A DNA stretch of 64,000 nucleotides from a virus. Positions 49,114 to 59,310 of the stretch are shown piece by piece (within the stretch, counting starts at the first letter, position 1; each line of letters opens with the position of its first letter). The notes beneath the pieces were generated by a model. That model was not told the DNA's origin and ran no database searches. It saw only the letters and a list, made by a program, of their open reading frames with translations. The stretch spans positions 1-64,000 of IMG/VR virus record IMGVR_UViG_3300042090_002000. One strand, written 5' to 3'. The position numbers and the translations under genes were made by a program.

Positions 49114-49470
49114 ATGGTTGCCAAAGGATCACCCAAACCAGTTGTGACAGGCCGCAAAGGTAACGTCGGAGGGGTTTCTACCCCCGGGCGTCGCGGCGAT
49201 CATAAAGCCGCGATGATGGCGGGTATCAAGAATCTTGTTGCGCCGGGGCCGGGAACGGTCAAGACCGCGAAAATTTCGAACCTGTTGCGCAAAGACACGA
49301 ACCCCAAAATTGATGCGGGAAATGTGAAACCTGCGACCGGCACTTCGAAGCCTGCCGCTGGATCACCAAAAGATTTATCGCGTGGCTCTGGCCATGCTGG
49401 CGTCCATATGGGCGTAGGGACCGATCCTGCCACGAAACGGGATTCCGCGAGCGTCGCGAAGCCGAACTAA
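49114..49470 (+). CDS. Small basic protein
   Basis: K/G/P-rich; GAGG RBS. Confidence 0.6.
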   Translation: MVAKGSPKPVVTGRKGNVGGVSTPGRRGDHKAAMMAGIKNLVAPGPGTVKTAKISNLLRKDTNPKIDAGNVKPATGTSKPAAGSPKDLSRGSGHAGVHMGVGTDPATKRDSASVAKPN

Positions 49471-49492
49471 GATTTGAAGAGGGGATTTTACA

Positions 49493-50164
49493 ATGGGAAC
49501 ACCACGAACTCTTGGAGCCGTCACGATCTCTTCCTCGCCGATCCCGGCGATGTTGGCGGCATCGGGTTACACAGGCACAGTTATTGCCGCAGCTTCGTTT
49601 ACGATTACGAACGGAATTGCGACGATTTTCTTGGGCAGCACTCTGCCGACTGATGGATACAACGGACCGAATGGATACCCCACTTCGAATCCGACCACAC
49701 ACTCTGCGTTTGATATTTATGGTGGCGTCAGCGGACACAACAACGCCGGAGGCAACAATCAAGGCGGTAATGCAGCGGGCGGCCAGCAAGTTTGTTTGTG
49801 GGGTTTTGCAACAGCCACATATTTTAACGGATGCACGATCATTGTTCTTGATTGCAACCCGGCAACGAAATCATTTCGGTTTTATTTCAATCACGCGAAT
49901 GTCGCGAACACAGCGGACACCGGCAATACTGCGCCGACACCCAAGCAGTCGTACCGTGCTATTCGTATTGAGTGCAGCCAGACTATTGGCACCGACTTTA
50001 TTTACGTCGGCGATCTGAACGTATCCTCTTCGCGCTATATCGCGGCGCTGTCTTTGGCCGGTCAGATTGCGATTGAGATTTCGTCAGACAACTTGCGCGC
50101 AGATCGCATCATGCTCGCAAGCACTAGTACGTCGGACACGGCGCAGGTTTCTGTGATCTATTAA
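49493..50164 (+). CDS. Putative virion structural protein
   Basis: Shares a TATY(F/L)NG..F..NH.N...ADTG module with the nozzle protein. Confidence 0.55.
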   Translation: MGTPRTLGAVTISSSPIPAMLAASGYTGTVIAAASFTITNGIATIFLGSTLPTDGYNGPNGYPTSNPTTHSAFDIYGGVSGHNNAGGNNQGGNAAGGQQVCLWGFATATYFNGCTIIVLDCNPATKSFRFYFNHANVANTADTGNTAPTPKQSYRAIRIECSQTIGTDFIYVGDLNVSSSRYIAALSLAGQIAIEISSDNLRADRIMLASTSTSDTAQVSVIY

Positions 50165-50359
50165 AGGTGACGGATGCCTCTGATACCGGAAATTGAATTT
50201 ATTTTTCATCCACCAACGCCACCACCGCCATCCTCGGGAAAAGTGGTTGTGGTGAAGTATGGAACGAATCGATTCACGCCCCGGGTTATGTCTCCGCAGA
50301 CGGCGGAAATTGATACGGGACAGGATAATGGAACGAAGTCGTAAATTGGAGACTTAATC

Positions 50360-52111
50360 ATGTCGAATAATTATGTGCAGGTCCCTCCCAACAGTACTGG
50401 AGTGAAGCTGCAGACTTTTGAAAATACGATTGGTGGAAACGCTGTTGATGCTGAAGCTGTCTCTCTTGTAGACACTGCAGGTGCGTCGATACTTGGAACG
50501 GCGGGTTCTGCTAATGCAGATGTGCTAACAGTGCAGGGTATCACTGGAGCCACTGCTATTCCCATTACTGGAGCCAATGCTGCTGGAACTCAAGTCTCTC
50601 TCGCTACTCCGGTTTTAATAGCCGGAGGAGACGGTACAGATATTCGTACACTGTTGACCACCAGTAATGGTTCGCCCATTGTGGTAGGTGCGGGTAGCGC
50701 AGGAACTCCCAGTGGCGGTGTTATCACTGTTCAAGGTGTTACGAGTGGAACAGCTTTAAATACACAGGGTTTGGGAACTGCTGGTACATCTACAGGTGGT
50801 GTGCTGTCAGTTCAAGGTGTTTCCGGCGGAACCGCTGTTCCAGTCTCTGGAACTATCAGCACGATCACAAATCCAGTGACTGTAGTTGGTGATGCCGCGA
50901 ATGGTGCGGCTGTTGCGGGTAATCCGGTTCTTGTAGCTGGATCAGATGGAACTGACGCTCGTACTTTGGCAACTAATACATCCGGTCAAGCAGTTGTTGT
51001 GGGCGCTGGAACCGCAGGCTCTGCATCCGGCGGTGTTCTAACTGTTCAGGGCAGCGCTTCAGGCACTGCTATTCCTGTCGCTAACACTCCGGCATCCGGT
51101 GCGATTTTTGAAGTCTCTCCGACCACGGCTGCGAACACGACGACCAATCCGTTCTTTAATGCTGCGGGGACATTAGCTGAATCCACCGCAGCGTGGACGA
51201 GTGCGACGACTGTTAACACTGCGCTGCAAGTAAATACTGCAGGGTATACTACAATCGTTGTGACTTTGAGTCAGGGAACTACACTTACGGGCGGTGTAGT
51301 GACATTTGAAGCATCAGACACTACGGCATTTACAAACGCATATCCTGTCACTGCTATACAACTCGGATTAACTTCTGCGACGCCTACTTTAACATATACA
51401 CTAACAGCTTCTAGTAACGTATCTTTTGCTATACCTACAGCAGCCTGGGCAGCTGTAAGAGTTCGATTATCTACAGTCATTTCAGGCACAGGAACAGTTA
51501 ATATCGGAATGACGGCATCAGCTGCTCAAGATGGTGCAATTGTACAGGTAATACCGCTTCTAGTAAACACGAAAGTTAGTTCAGGTACATCTGCTACTGC
51601 AATTGCTGATAACCTAGCTAATGTCGATATTTTTCAATCTTCTACAAATCAAATTTTCGGTCTATATGTTGCTGATTCTGTCTATGGCGGTGCATTCAGT
51701 GGTACGGCCAACACCGCGCTCCAAGGTTGGAGTAAAGAACGTACTCCGACAGTCTTCAAAACGGTTCAAGCAACTGCGTCAGGTAACACTGCTGTCTGGA
51801 CTCCCGGTACAGGAAATAAGTTTCGTTTACTAAAGTTGTTTGTTGAAGTCACAGATAACGCATCATTGGCTTCCGGTGGAGTTCTGACGATCAACTTCCA
51901 AGATGCTACAACCTCAATTAACATTTCGTTCGATGTCTTTGTTCCAAGTACTGCTGTTACTACAGTTATTGGAGATGGACTTGAACAAGAGTTAGATTTG
52001 GGTAAGTTCGGAATTCTATCGGCAGCCGCTAATAATGCCTTAAATGTTAACTTATCCTCTGCCCTAGCTACGGGAAATGTCCGAGTTATCGCAATGGGAA
52101 CTGAGGAATAG
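50360..52111 (+). CDS. Putative tail/virion protein with G-T-A repeats
   Basis: Repeats G(T/S)AGxxSGGV(L/I)TVQG..GTA. Confidence 0.6.
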   Translation: MSNNYVQVPPNSTGVKLQTFENTIGGNAVDAEAVSLVDTAGASILGTAGSANADVLTVQGITGATAIPITGANAAGTQVSLATPVLIAGGDGTDIRTLLTTSNGSPIVVGAGSAGTPSGGVITVQGVTSGTALNTQGLGTAGTSTGGVLSVQGVSGGTAVPVSGTISTITNPVTVVGDAANGAAVAGNPVLVAGSDGTDARTLATNTSGQAVVVGAGTAGSASGGVLTVQGSASGTAIPVANTPASGAIFEVSPTTAANTTTNPFFNAAGTLAESTAAWTSATTVNTALQVNTAGYTTIVVTLSQGTTLTGGVVTFEASDTTAFTNAYPVTAIQLGLTSATPTLTYTLTASSNVSFAIPTAAWAAVRVRLSTVISGTGTVNIGMTASAAQDGAIVQVIPLLVNTKVSSGTSATAIADNLANVDIFQSSTNQIFGLYVADSVYGGAFSGTANTALQGWSKERTPTVFKTVQATASGNTAVWTPGTGNKFRLLKLFVEVTDNASLASGGVLTINFQDATTSINISFDVFVPSTAVTTVIGDGLEQELDLGKFGILSAAANNALNVNLSSALATGNVRVIAMGTEE

Positions 52112-52113
52112 TC

Positions 52114-52392
52114 ATGGCTGCAACACACACGTATGATGTCACAACAGCCAGTTATGTTGGCGATGTATGCACTATTGTAGGAACGGTCGATACAATTCCG
52201 TCAACGGGGCCTATAGCTGTCACCGTTGTACTAAATTATTCAGCAGTTACGCAAGCATGGGCCATTAGCGTGGCAAACGTAGAGGCATTAGTCGGTCGGG
52301 CTATGCTGAACGCCGCAGTTGCGAATGGGCTCCCGAATCCGAACCCACCGGCGACCGCGACGCAATTGCCGACAGGTTCATTCACGCTGTAG
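52114..52392 (+). CDS. Hypothetical protein
   Basis: GAGG RBS. Confidence 0.5.
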   Translation: MAATHTYDVTTASYVGDVCTIVGTVDTIPSTGPIAVTVVLNYSAVTQAWAISVANVEALVGRAMLNAAVANGLPNPNPPATATQLPTGSFTL

Positions 52393-52417
52393 GGTAACAA
52401 CATCGGGGAGCAGCCCC

Positions 52418-54367
52418 ATGGACAATCCAGCAACATTCGATTTCGATTCAGACATACCGCTCATCAAAAAATACCGCGAGTCCGTAGACCTTACGAACTT
52501 CCCCAAATGCTTTCTACAGGTATTCAATGATAACTGGGATCAGAAGACCCGCGACCGTTGGTATGCGGATCGATTCAAGTGTCTGAAGTACCATCTCTAT
52601 TTGGCCGGGTTCGCCGAAGAAACAAAAGACGGCGCTCCTGATCTTCCGCCGACGTACGTGCCGATCCTTGGCATGGACTTCCAGAAAAATCCTCATGAGC
52701 GTCTGTTCGCCCAGTATCTGCTGAAGCGACCCGGCGAGAACATTGTCTTGTCCGATCTCGATACGCTCACTAAGAAACGCATGATTCTGTGGCCTCGCGG
52801 TCTGTTCAAAACATCGTCGATCATCGTCGAGATTGTGCAAGACATTCTCAACTATCCGAACATCCGTATTTGCTTTTTGACCGGCGGAGACAACTTAGCA
52901 AAGCGTCAACTCTCGCGCGTGCGCCGCGTGTTCGAACGCCCCACTAAGCGATTCAAACTATTGTTCCCTGAGTTCTGTTTGGTGAGCAGGCCGCTGAAAA
53001 AACGTGGAAAGAAAAAATCGGAAGACGGTCTCGAAGATGTTGATGATATCGAGTACGATGATGTGACGCCGAAGTTTGGTACGGCGCACGAGTTCACTGT
53101 TCCGGCGCGGACAAACGACACTTTTGCTGAGCCGACGTTCGCGATTTCCACAGCGAAATCAGTTAAGGCCGGATCGCACTTTGACATGATCTTCATTGAC
53201 GACCTTGTGAACGATCAAAACTACCGCAGCGTCAAACTGCTGGAGAAGTGCTATCAGGACTATCTCGACATATGTCCGTTGCTGGAGCCCGCCGGATTCA
53301 TGATCATCACCGGAACGCGGTATTCATTCGGCGACACGTACGAGCGGTTGCAGGAGATGGCCAAGCAGGAAGAGAAAGAGCGCGGGCGCACGATTTGGAA
53401 ATTCTCTATTCGCGATTGCTGGAGCATGGGTTGCCAGAACTGCGTTCACACCGACGCGTATCATGATTACAGCATCAATGTGCTGGAGCCACCTTGCGTT
53501 GACCTGAATTGCAAGTGCCCGGGGTTTAAGGCGCGTGGAGATAAGGGCGTGCTGTTCCCGATGACCCGCACGCATGATGGACGTGAGATCGGGCACACTG
53601 TAGAATTCCTTGAGAATGCTCGACTGCAGTTGGGCGCGGAGTTTTTCGCGAACCAATATGAGAACAAACCAATCGCGACAGGCACCCAGACGTTCACAGA
53701 GGCGTTGCTGGGGAGACAAACGCTGCACCATGATGAGCAGTTGCCCACTTTTCATCAGGCGCGAACCTACGTCATCGGTGATCTGGCGTACGTGGGGCAG
53801 GAAGGGCGCGACTACTCCGTCATTTTCATTGTCCGCGTGTTCCAAGGGCAGATTTTTGTGGTCGATTGTTTCTTCGGGAACTGGGATTCGAACGCGGTCG
53901 CCGAAAATACGTTCCGAATTTTAATGAAACACCGCCCGGAGAAACTTTTTTACGAAAAATTCAATGGTTGGGAGGCATACAACAACGTCATCACGGCCTA
54001 CTGCAAGGAAAAAGGGCTTGATTCTGTGCCGCTGGAGTGGCTGAAAGGCTCGCAAGCGAACAACGCGAAGCTGATTCGGATTGGGGCCGCGAAGGGACCG
54101 CTGCAGCAACGGCGGCTTTGGTTGTTTGCCCTCATGCCGGGGTACTCAATCCTGTCAAACCAGCTTATTAAGTGGCCAAAGTTGGGGCGACACGATGATT
54201 TTGCGGACTGTCTGGGCATGGTGGTGGCCGCGCCAACGGGATACGAACAACAAAACCCACCGCAGATAGAAAATCCTCTGCATTGGCTCAATAGGTTACA
54301 CCAAGTCCAGCCCCTTGACGACTCCTACGGAGATTCTGGCTGCGGCACGGGCATCAATTGCGGGTAG
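52418..54367 (+). CDS. terL: Terminase large subunit
   Basis: Walker A-like PRGLFKTS, Walker B IFIDD, TGTRY, nuclease GDLA and HDDFAD. Confidence 0.9.
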   Translation: MDNPATFDFDSDIPLIKKYRESVDLTNFPKCFLQVFNDNWDQKTRDRWYADRFKCLKYHLYLAGFAEETKDGAPDLPPTYVPILGMDFQKNPHERLFAQYLLKRPGENIVLSDLDTLTKKRMILWPRGLFKTSSIIVEIVQDILNYPNIRICFLTGGDNLAKRQLSRVRRVFERPTKRFKLLFPEFCLVSRPLKKRGKKKSEDGLEDVDDIEYDDVTPKFGTAHEFTVPARTNDTFAEPTFAISTAKSVKAGSHFDMIFIDDLVNDQNYRSVKLLEKCYQDYLDICPLLEPAGFMIITGTRYSFGDTYERLQEMAKQEEKERGRTIWKFSIRDCWSMGCQNCVHTDAYHDYSINVLEPPCVDLNCKCPGFKARGDKGVLFPMTRTHDGREIGHTVEFLENARLQLGAEFFANQYENKPIATGTQTFTEALLGRQTLHHDEQLPTFHQARTYVIGDLAYVGQEGRDYSVIFIVRVFQGQIFVVDCFFGNWDSNAVAENTFRILMKHRPEKLFYEKFNGWEAYNNVITAYCKEKGLDSVPLEWLKGSQANNAKLIRIGAAKGPLQQRRLWLFALMPGYSILSNQLIKWPKLGRHDDFADCLGMVVAAPTGYEQQNPPQIENPLHWLNRLHQVQPLDDSYGDSGCGTGINCG

Positions 54368-54390
54368 TCCAGTTTTAAGTTCAACTTTAA

Positions 54391-54410
54391 GACTTCTTTC
54401 ATCATAAGTA
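54391..54410 (+). promoter_or_regulatory. Late-gene element GACTT-N7-CATAAGTA
   Basis: gactt-ctttcat-cataagta-gaggtg. Confidence 0.7.
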
Positions 54411-54420
54411 GAGGTGTACG

Positions 54421-54939
54421 ATGGCGTCTTTTTACGCATATCTATGGCTCCGTGAAGATCGGACGCCTTACTATGCGGGCAAAGGATGCGGCAATCGTGC
54501 GTTTATCAAAGGAATTGGACACCGGCAGTACCCGCCGGAGGATCGTTCCCGTATTCTCATATTTCCGACTGTATCTGAGGCCGCCGCATTTGCATTAGAG
54601 CGCGCGCTGATTCGCTTTTTTGGTCGTAAAGATCGGTCTGCCGGATGTTTACGCAACGTCACGAACGGTGGTGAGGGGATTAGCGGTTACAAGCATCGCC
54701 CAGAAGCGCGCATGCGCATGGCGCAGTCCCGCATCGGCAATACATGCGGCGTCGGGTCGGTGCGATCCGACGAGTTTAAACAAAATCTTTCCGCGCTGCA
54801 TCAAGGGCGCAAATGGTCGGCGGACGCGATTGCAAAAAGAGTGGCTACACGCCGCGCAAGAGGCGGTTTTGCCTTATCCGCTGAATCACGAGCGAAGGAA
54901 TCGCTTACGAAATTTCTGAAAACGGTTGCGTGGGGATAA
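54421..54939 (+). CDS. GIY-YIG-like/NUMOD3 homing endonuclease
   Basis: YAYLWLREDRTPYYAGKG..R; LRNVTNGGEG. Confidence 0.85.
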   Translation: MASFYAYLWLREDRTPYYAGKGCGNRAFIKGIGHRQYPPEDRSRILIFPTVSEAAAFALERALIRFFGRKDRSAGCLRNVTNGGEGISGYKHRPEARMRMAQSRIGNTCGVGSVRSDEFKQNLSALHQGRKWSADAIAKRVATRRARGGFALSAESRAKESLTKFLKTVAWG

Positions 54940-54940
54940 T

Positions 54941-57175
54941 ATGGCTGACGGGAACAACTCCGATATCAAAAAAACCACCCATTTTGAAAACATGGGACAG
55001 ATGTCAATTCAAGAACTCCCCGGAGCCGTGCCTTACGGAGAGACTGCACTTCCGATTGGACAAACAGAGGTCGCTTTTGAGGATCAAAGCCGGTCAGATT
55101 TAAGCCTTATGAAAGAGGCAAATCTGAACCGCGAGGAATCAGAGAGTTTCATCGCCACTCGCGGGTTGATCGGACGTTGGAACACTGCCGAATTGATGTT
55201 GCGGGCATGGGTGGAGCCGGTTAAGTGGAAGGGTAGCGAGCAGTTCCGATCTCATCTTGGAATTCCTCTCGTCGCGGAGCAATTTTACAGCATTCACAGC
55301 GTTGTGAACCAGACTTTGTTCGGGGGATACAAAATTTTTCAGGTCGACCCGACTTCTGGCACCGATATAAAGTGTGCCGAAGCGCAACAGGCGATTTTGA
55401 ACGCACAGTTGAAGACGTGCGGTTACAAAGGCGTGTCCGCGAAGACGGAATTCCGCGAGATCACATACGACGGACTTTTTTACGGCTTCGGTGTTGCCCA
55501 TTACGGTTGGACGAAGATCAAAAAGACCACGATTAAGCGCGTGCAGAAGATGCACATGCAGACAATCTCTGTTAACGGAAATTTGGTGCAGATTCCGGTC
55601 GCTGAAGACGAAGATGATATCGAGGAAGTGCCCCACATCGTTGAAATCAATCAACCGAAACTCGAACATGTGCCGATTCGCCGCGCGCGTTACGCGCCGG
55701 ACCTTCGCCGGGCTGATCCGCGCGTTGCGGAGTGGTTCGGACGCATAATTTATTGCACTGGATACGATCTCGATGCGTTGCGGAACACCGCTGGATGGAA
55801 AATTCCGTCACGCGAGGATTTGGTGAAGATCACCACGCCGCAAATGCAGTCACAGTCGGCGACGAACCCACTGGAGACGATGGGATCGAACACAGGCAAC
55901 CCAATTTTTCAGCAAACTACTACGCCGCAGAAGGCGTATCCTGAAAATTACACTGAACGCACACAGCACGATCCGCTGGGCCGCAAATTCGAACTATTCG
56001 ATTACTGGACCGGCTTCAGGCATGTGATCGTGCTCAATAAAGAATACCCGATTCTGAACGAGACGCACAAATTCGGGCGTCCGCCGTTTTTGGGCTTCGC
56101 TTTTCGCAGCGCGCCCGACTCCGCGCATGGTTACGGCATCGCATACTGGCTGACAGACTTCCAGCGCGTGTGCCAAGGCATCATCAACGCTTATTTCGAC
56201 GATTTGAACTTGAATTTGATGGGGACTTACACATCACCCGCTGGGACAAACAACACGGCGCAGGCGCAGTGGATTTTCCCGGGAAAAGTCTTCAAAAACG
56301 ACGGCGCGAACAAGGTCGAAGCCCTTACCCGCAATTCGATTGATGCGAAAGAGCCGTTGACGATCATCGGGCAGATAAAAGCATGGGCTTCCATGATCAG
56401 TGGCGCAGGCCCGGGCACTTTGGGCTCGAATCCCGGCGCGGCTGGGGATATGCGCACTCCCGGTGGCGTCGAAGCGATTACCGGTGGCGAAAACACCAAG
56501 CTATCTGATTTGATCGACGTAATTTCGGAACAAGTGTTCGTTCCGTTCCTCGAATTCTGCATCGACGAGAATCAGAAGCTGAAGCCGTCGCAAATTCGCT
56601 CGATGCTTTCCGAAGCGTTGGGAGATGCGTTCAAAGCGACGCCGCTGGACATCATCAACGGCCAATACAAGGTGGATATTTCCGCCGGAGCGAAACTCGC
56701 GGCGCGCGAAAACATCAACAAGTTGCTGATGCTGCTGTCGTCTATTTTGCAGTCACCCAATACCGTGGAAGCCCTCGCGGTGCAGGCCATGAAGATTGAT
56801 TTCAACGCGATGTACTCCGCGATGTGCGATTCGTTCAACATTCCGTACCGCGAACAAATTTTCGTGGCACAGAACGACGAAGATAAGGCTCGCGCAGCGG
56901 CGGAGACACAACAGGCCGCAATGCAGGGCAAGGCCGGGATCGTGCAATTGCAGGGTCAAGTGAAAAAGGATATCGACAACAACCAGTCTGAAAATCGTAT
57001 GCTATTGGAGACTGGCAAACATACGTTGAAAGAGCAGGGCAAGGGATCGGACCAGCAAAACGATTTGGAACTGCAGCGCGAGAAGGCCGCAGCCCAAACG
57101 CCGGTGGCGCAGGGATTGGACCGCGCGACCAAAGGTGAGTTTGCCTCCCTTGACAAGACGGCGTTCGGACAATAA
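54941..57175 (+). CDS. Portal protein
   Basis: ~745 aa after TerL; DGLFYGFGV, PF, HGYGI and PGKVF features of podovirus portals. Confidence 0.8.
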   Translation: MADGNNSDIKKTTHFENMGQMSIQELPGAVPYGETALPIGQTEVAFEDQSRSDLSLMKEANLNREESESFIATRGLIGRWNTAELMLRAWVEPVKWKGSEQFRSHLGIPLVAEQFYSIHSVVNQTLFGGYKIFQVDPTSGTDIKCAEAQQAILNAQLKTCGYKGVSAKTEFREITYDGLFYGFGVAHYGWTKIKKTTIKRVQKMHMQTISVNGNLVQIPVAEDEDDIEEVPHIVEINQPKLEHVPIRRARYAPDLRRADPRVAEWFGRIIYCTGYDLDALRNTAGWKIPSREDLVKITTPQMQSQSATNPLETMGSNTGNPIFQQTTTPQKAYPENYTERTQHDPLGRKFELFDYWTGFRHVIVLNKEYPILNETHKFGRPPFLGFAFRSAPDSAHGYGIAYWLTDFQRVCQGIINAYFDDLNLNLMGTYTSPAGTNNTAQAQWIFPGKVFKNDGANKVEALTRNSIDAKEPLTIIGQIKAWASMISGAGPGTLGSNPGAAGDMRTPGGVEAITGGENTKLSDLIDVISEQVFVPFLEFCIDENQKLKPSQIRSMLSEALGDAFKATPLDIINGQYKVDISAGAKLAARENINKLLMLLSSILQSPNTVEALAVQAMKIDFNAMYSAMCDSFNIPYREQIFVAQNDEDKARAAAETQQAAMQGKAGIVQLQGQVKKDIDNNQSENRMLLETGKHTLKEQGKGSDQQNDLELQREKAAAQTPVAQGLDRATKGEFASLDKTAFGQ

Positions 57176-57199
57176 GAAAAAGTAGGGTAATTTTTCTTA

Positions 57200-57592
57200 G
57201 TGGAGGGAGCAATGAGCAGTCGAGCGGCGTATGACCATGCCAAATATATTCTCAGAAAAGCCATGCCCGGATATAAGGAACAGCGCGCGGCTGCGTTTGC
57301 GCGTTGGGCCGCAAAAGGTGGTCGAGCCCAAATAAAAATCGAAGTTCTCTCGCACTACGGCCCAGACGGGAAACTGCAGTGCTGTTGGCCGGGCTGCGAA
57401 GTCGCCGACATCGACATGCTATCTCTCGATCATGTCCGCAACGATGGCGCGAAAGACAGAAACACGCATCGCGGAGCCGGAGGAGTTGTGCTTTATCAAC
57501 GACTGCTTCGTGCAGGTTTCCCTGACGGATTTCAGACGTTGTGTCATAATCATCAATGGAAGAAAGAATTGATGCGGCGTAGAGGAGAATAA
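57200..57592 (+). CDS. HNH-like homing endonuclease
   Basis: VLSHYG..C...LSLDHVRNDG...FQTLCHNH. Confidence 0.8.
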   Translation: MEGAMSSRAAYDHAKYILRKAMPGYKEQRAAAFARWAAKGGRAQIKIEVLSHYGPDGKLQCCWPGCEVADIDMLSLDHVRNDGAKDRNTHRGAGGVVLYQRLLRAGFPDGFQTLCHNHQWKKELMRRRGE

Positions 57593-57594
57593 GT

Positions 57595-58065
57595 ATGTCC
57601 AGCAATCCAATTCCGGTCGAGCCGGAACGCGCACCATTTGTTCCTACGACTACCCCCGCGATTGATCGTGCAAATCGTTTGATGGGCCTTCGGTCTCACC
57701 CGGGGTACATGGACCTTGTCCGCATCATCAATGAGATTGTGCAAGACTCCGTTGATGCCACGTCGGACTATCCCGGCTGGGATTCCCAGATCATTGTCAT
57801 TTTGAAAGTAAAACAACAGGCGGCTAAGGAATTCCCAATAGCTTTGGCGAAGCGAATCAACCAAGCGATTGAGGAAGGAATTAGCGACGCGCGTACGCAG
57901 GCCGAAGCCCAGATTAATCCACCCAAGTCTGCCGAAGACGCGGTTGATCAAGGTGACTTCGTGCGCCAGCGCGTGCTTCAGAATTTCGAAGAAATGGAGT
58001 CGCGGATCGCCGGGTCTTATGAGGCGAAGCCGGACGATCCCAATCCATACAGCTTCGAACAGTAG
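57595..58065 (+). CDS. Head-associated hypothetical protein
   Basis: Located between portal and scaffold. Confidence 0.6.
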   Translation: MSSNPIPVEPERAPFVPTTTPAIDRANRLMGLRSHPGYMDLVRIINEIVQDSVDATSDYPGWDSQIIVILKVKQQAAKEFPIALAKRINQAIEEGISDARTQAEAQINPPKSAEDAVDQGDFVRQRVLQNFEEMESRIAGSYEAKPDDPNPYSFEQ

Positions 58066-58091
58066 CTGCTGACATCTTATTACATGTTTTT

Positions 58092-58111
58092 GACTTCCTG
58101 TTTCATAAGTG
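58092..58111 (+). promoter_or_regulatory. Late-gene element GACTT-N7-CATAAGTG
   Basis: Upstream of the scaffold gene. Confidence 0.65.
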
Positions 58112-58140
58112 TATGTTGATTTTGAATTGAGGAGCATTCG

Positions 58141-59223
58141 ATGAGCACAACTCCGGCACCACTCAACGTTGAGATGAACGAAGAACTGCTGAAAGCGATC
58201 AATGCGTCGCTGGACCCAGAGCAGTTGAAGTCTTCTATTTTGGCTGAAGCCCAGAAACAGCTTGCCGCCAATGAAGCCGCCAACGCAACCCACAAAGCGG
58301 AGCAGGAAGCTGCTGCCGCCCGATTGGCTGAAGCCCAGCGCGCGGCGGCTGCAGAACCCACGCAGTTCAGCCACACAGAGAATATCGCGGGCAAGGATTT
58401 TATCTTTACCGGTGCATCGCAGGCTGAGATCGACTCGCAAGTCGCTGCGGCCTATCGCGTGGCTTTTGCGATTCAGCAACCCACAGAGCAGGCTGAACCA
58501 ACCGTTGACCCTGCGGTCGCGGCTGCTGCTGCGGAAGCTGAAGCTGCCGCAAAGATTGCGCTGCAGGAACAGTTCAGGAACGGTACCATCTCCGCCGAAG
58601 AGTACCTTGAAAAATCAGGCGCGATCAACAACTATCTCGAAAGACAGGGGCTTTCCGTCGAAACCCTCAAAGCCACTGTCGAGCATTCGCAACTGGACCC
58701 ATGGGTTCACGCCACCGATCAGTTCCTGCAAGGCGCTGGTGCGGACTGGCCGGGCGGTGACAAGAATCGCGAAATCTTGGGCCTGCGCATTCAGGCACTG
58801 GGGCTTGTCGACGCCGAAGACAAAGTTGCTGCCATGTCGCAAGCGTGGAATGACATGAAGCGTGACAAGATGTATTTCCCGGCAGGACACCCGCTGGCTG
58901 CTGCAGCGGCTCCTGAAGTCGTGACTGATTCTGCCGCTGCTCCTGTTGTTCCGCCTGCTGCGGTTCCGGCCCCGGTTGTTCCGACGGCTCCGCCAGCGCC
59001 CCCGGCACCGCCCGCTCGCGCCGCCGCATCGTCGTCTTCGCTCTTTGATCGAAGCACCGGCGTCGCTGATTTCGTCGCGCAACCAGACAAAGCCAAACCG
59101 GCAGAGTTTGTCGTGCCCGATAGCGCCACGCCCCAGCAAATCATGGATGCGTACAAAAAGTTTCAAGTTGCAAACGGCCTCGATCCAAACTCTGCGTTCA
59201 TGCAGCAATATCGCGGCAAGTAA
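58141..59223 (+). CDS. Probable capsid scaffolding protein
   Basis: Acidic, A/P-rich, helical; lies before the MCP. Confidence 0.65.
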   Translation: MSTTPAPLNVEMNEELLKAINASLDPEQLKSSILAEAQKQLAANEAANATHKAEQEAAAARLAEAQRAAAAEPTQFSHTENIAGKDFIFTGASQAEIDSQVAAAYRVAFAIQQPTEQAEPTVDPAVAAAAAEAEAAAKIALQEQFRNGTISAEEYLEKSGAINNYLERQGLSVETLKATVEHSQLDPWVHATDQFLQGAGADWPGGDKNREILGLRIQALGLVDAEDKVAAMSQAWNDMKRDKMYFPAGHPLAAAAAPEVVTDSAAAPVVPPAAVPAPVVPTAPPAPPAPPARAAASSSSLFDRSTGVADFVAQPDKAKPAEFVVPDSATPQQIMDAYKKFQVANGLDPNSAFMQQYRGK

Positions 59224-59310
59224 GCCACCCCTTGGTATTTCTCTCCGTTAGGCGCGTGAAGGGGTCGTGAAATAGCGACCCCCGCGCAGCCCCTCCCAAA
59301 AAAAGTTTTT

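Noticed and set aside
52418-54367. Intein in the terminase
   Set aside because: The inserts are short and lack C1/His-Asn splice motifs.
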